A stretch of DNA of 62,413 bases, the filler included, from Asterionella formosa (taxonomy: Eukaryota): assembly GCA_002256025.1 (NCBI GenBank). It is 12 parts of 12 records of this genome, joined end to end, with 100 filler letters (N's around TTAATTAATTAA, not from the genome) between each part and the next. Parts side by side here need not be neighbours in the genome. Positions count along the whole stretch, not along the records: positions 57,320 to 62,413 come from NKIB01013222.1; 11 more parts are not named here. One strand, written 5' to 3'. The notes beneath the pieces were generated by a model that saw nothing but the letters and a program-made list of their open reading frames with translations, did no database searches and was not told where the DNA came from. This document shows positions 60,606-62,413 of this stretch, piece by piece (position 1 is the stretch's first letter; every line of letters starts with the position of its first letter). The position numbers and the translations under genes were made by a program.

Positions 60606-61910
60606 TTAATCGTTGACAAATTTCTTTAAAATGGCTTCCACACGGTCAACTCTAATGTTGTAGACAGGATGAGTCGCGTGTACCCGTGACTTGGAAGGAT
60701 GGCCAAAGACAAGCCCACCCCAATTCTGTGAAACAGAGAGCCCAGATAGATTGTAACATGAATGATAGAAATCCCTTGGTTTTGACGGCTTATCTCGAAG
60801 GCCCCCATTAACGTCTTGTGCGCAAAGCAAGATGTAGCGTTGCAGCAGGCGTTCGTCGAAAAGCAAAGTACAAGGGGGTTCGGCTGACAACCAGATATCG
60901 TTGTTTCCAGTGTTTTTATCTTGATGCAAGGCACTCAAAATCGCCAATGCCCCTCCTTGCCAAAATGAGTAGCAACCATCAACAAGCTTATTTGAACGAC
61001 CTTGAAAGCCCCCTTCGAACGCCATTTGACGCCTTGCCAACCAGCCCCTCAGCGCTGGTACATCGACGTTTTGCAGCTTGCCAATAATTTCCAAAGCAGC
61101 AACTGCGCAAAATGTGTAGCCGCCGTGCGCTTCAGTACTTGGTTCGCCTCCAAAGCCTCCTTCATAAGTTTGGCAATTTTGAATGTATCGCAACGTCAGT
61201 GGCGAGTTTAGGTCGTGTGTCAGTACGTTTAGCAGTTTGGCGCAACAGAGTATACAGTAGGTTGCTCGGACATCGATTTCCCCGTCAAAGTGCATTCGAA
61301 AGCCTCCGTTGCTATCTTGTAATTGTACCCACCACTTCAAGAGGGGATCCTTGATTCTCAGTAGTAAATTCAAAGCCAACTGCGACGCTTCAGCACACGT
61401 GGATGCGGTTCCAATAATACACAGGGTTAATACTGCCGCATAGGATGGGGCACAGTGTGCCATTTGTCCTGGTCCGCCTCCAAAGCCCCCTGATCGACCA
61501 TCTTCCAGAGACTGCCAGCATGCTTCAAGTGTATGTACGATTCCAGAAAGCACCGTGTCCGAGGGACAGTGTCCCAGTAAATCGCAGGAGTGCAAACACC
61601 AATATATCATCCAAGGCCGACTGGCATCCAAACTGATAAAACTTCCAGGAAGAACCCCCCAAACTCGCGAAAGGAACGCAATGTGTTTGTCCGCGACCAA
61701 GCAAATGTCCCGAGTGGCTCCATCGTCTTGGTCCAGCAAACCGACTTGACGCAAGTGATCCAACTGGGGAGCAGGCAACTCGTGAAGATTGATAAAGAAG
61801 GGTTTGCATTCGTATTCCGTTTCCTTCTGGATGTCTGTCGTCTCAGTATCTACGAGATGTTGGCTCAGCAGGGACTCTTCATTGCCCTGGTCTCTCCTGA
61901 CGCGCCCCAT
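60606..61910 (-). CDS. FNTB: Protein farnesyltransferase beta subunit
   Basis: LDASRPWMIYW, GGFGGGPGQ..H.APSYAAV, GEIDVRATY, CQTYEGG, EAHGGYTFC, EGGFQGRSNKLVDGCYSFWQ and GLRDKP.K.RDFYHSCYNLSGLS. Confidence 0.95.
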   Translation of the reverse strand: MGRVRRDQGNEESLLSQHLVDTETTDIQKETEYECKPFFINLHELPAPQLDHLRQVGLLDQDDGATRDICLVADKHIAFLSRVWGVLPGSFISLDASRPWMIYWCLHSCDLLGHCPSDTVLSGIVHTLEACWQSLEDGRSGGFGGGPGQMAHCAPSYAAVLTLCIIGTASTCAEASQLALNLLLRIKDPLLKWWVQLQDSNGGFRMHFDGEIDVRATYCILCCAKLLNVLTHDLNSPLTLRYIQNCQTYEGGFGGEPSTEAHGGYTFCAVAALEIIGKLQNVDVPALRGWLARRQMAFEGGFQGRSNKLVDGCYSFWQGGALAILSALHQDKNTGNNDIWLSAEPPCTLLFDERLLQRYILLCAQDVNGGLRDKPSKPRDFYHSCYNLSGLSVSQNWGGLVFGHPSKSRVHATHPVYNIRVDRVEAILKKFVND

Positions 61911-62413
61911 GATTTCAATGTATGTATTGCTTGGCTGCGGACAGGAATAGCTTGGACAGATTCTATTGACTATTTATTACCCTGCGGCAATGATAAAAAC
62001 AAATAAATGATAAAACTAGAAAAAAAGAGATTTTTCCCCTTGTTTTTGATAAATGGTGTAGGAGTGTTGTAGTAGCTATTTTTTTCATTTTGACAAGTAC
62101 CTGTACGTGAATTGTTTGACAAAAAGCATCCATGCACGCGGGCCGGAATTTTCGTTTGACCAGCCATATTACTGTTGAAAGGTCTCGTACTCCTTCCCGT
62201 CTGACGGGTTCCTCTTACGTAGGACTTACCTGCTATACCACTAGCATTGTTATCTTCTTTCTGCTGCTGGCCTTCGTGCTAGTTTTCGCTATTGACCTTA
62301 CTCTGTCAATTCTCACTGTTTCTTAATTATAAGATTAAACTAAAACTAAGTTTCAATCCCATTCATCACACTTCGAGAACCTGTTCTTCGTGTTCCCTTT
62401 TCGTTGATGTAAA

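Overview
Eukaryotic nuclear DNA, almost certainly from a diatom or other ochrophyte alga. The evidence is GT-AG introns, a light-harvesting protein with a bipartite signal+AAFAP presequence, light-dependent POR and a diatom-type secreted SET protein. The window is NOT contiguous. It is 12 unplaced ~5.1-kb contigs in decreasing size order, joined by 100-nt N/TTAATTAATTAA/N spacers, so neighbourhoods across spacers are meaningless. About 20 host genes are recognisable: 2OG-Fe(II) oxygenase, N-carbamoylputrescine amidase, VPS25, HD hydrolase, LHC, IMPACT/YigZ, SNX-BAR, POR, VAMP7-like, DUF1415, two LRR receptor-like proteins, DHX16/PRP2, AP endonuclease, a secreted two-domain protein, C-CAP+TPR, double-SET, GINS4, a sugar transferase and FTase beta. 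The richest signal is in mobile DNA: (1) a DIRS/Ngaro-like tyrosine-recombinase retrotransposon whose gag and pol lie in the same frame, separated only by UGA-CUAG, a classic readthrough signal; (2) a 3-kb TIR element with 22-bp subterminal repeats that has captured an LRR gene fragment; (3) a TTAA-flanked Kolobok-like element nested in a Harbinger-like relic; (4) a tRNA-derived, SINE-like sequence lacking a normal anticodon arm. Palindromic GGTACC/TACCAGGTA motif clusters also recur upstream of many genes. All family assignments come from motifs read by eye; no searches were run.
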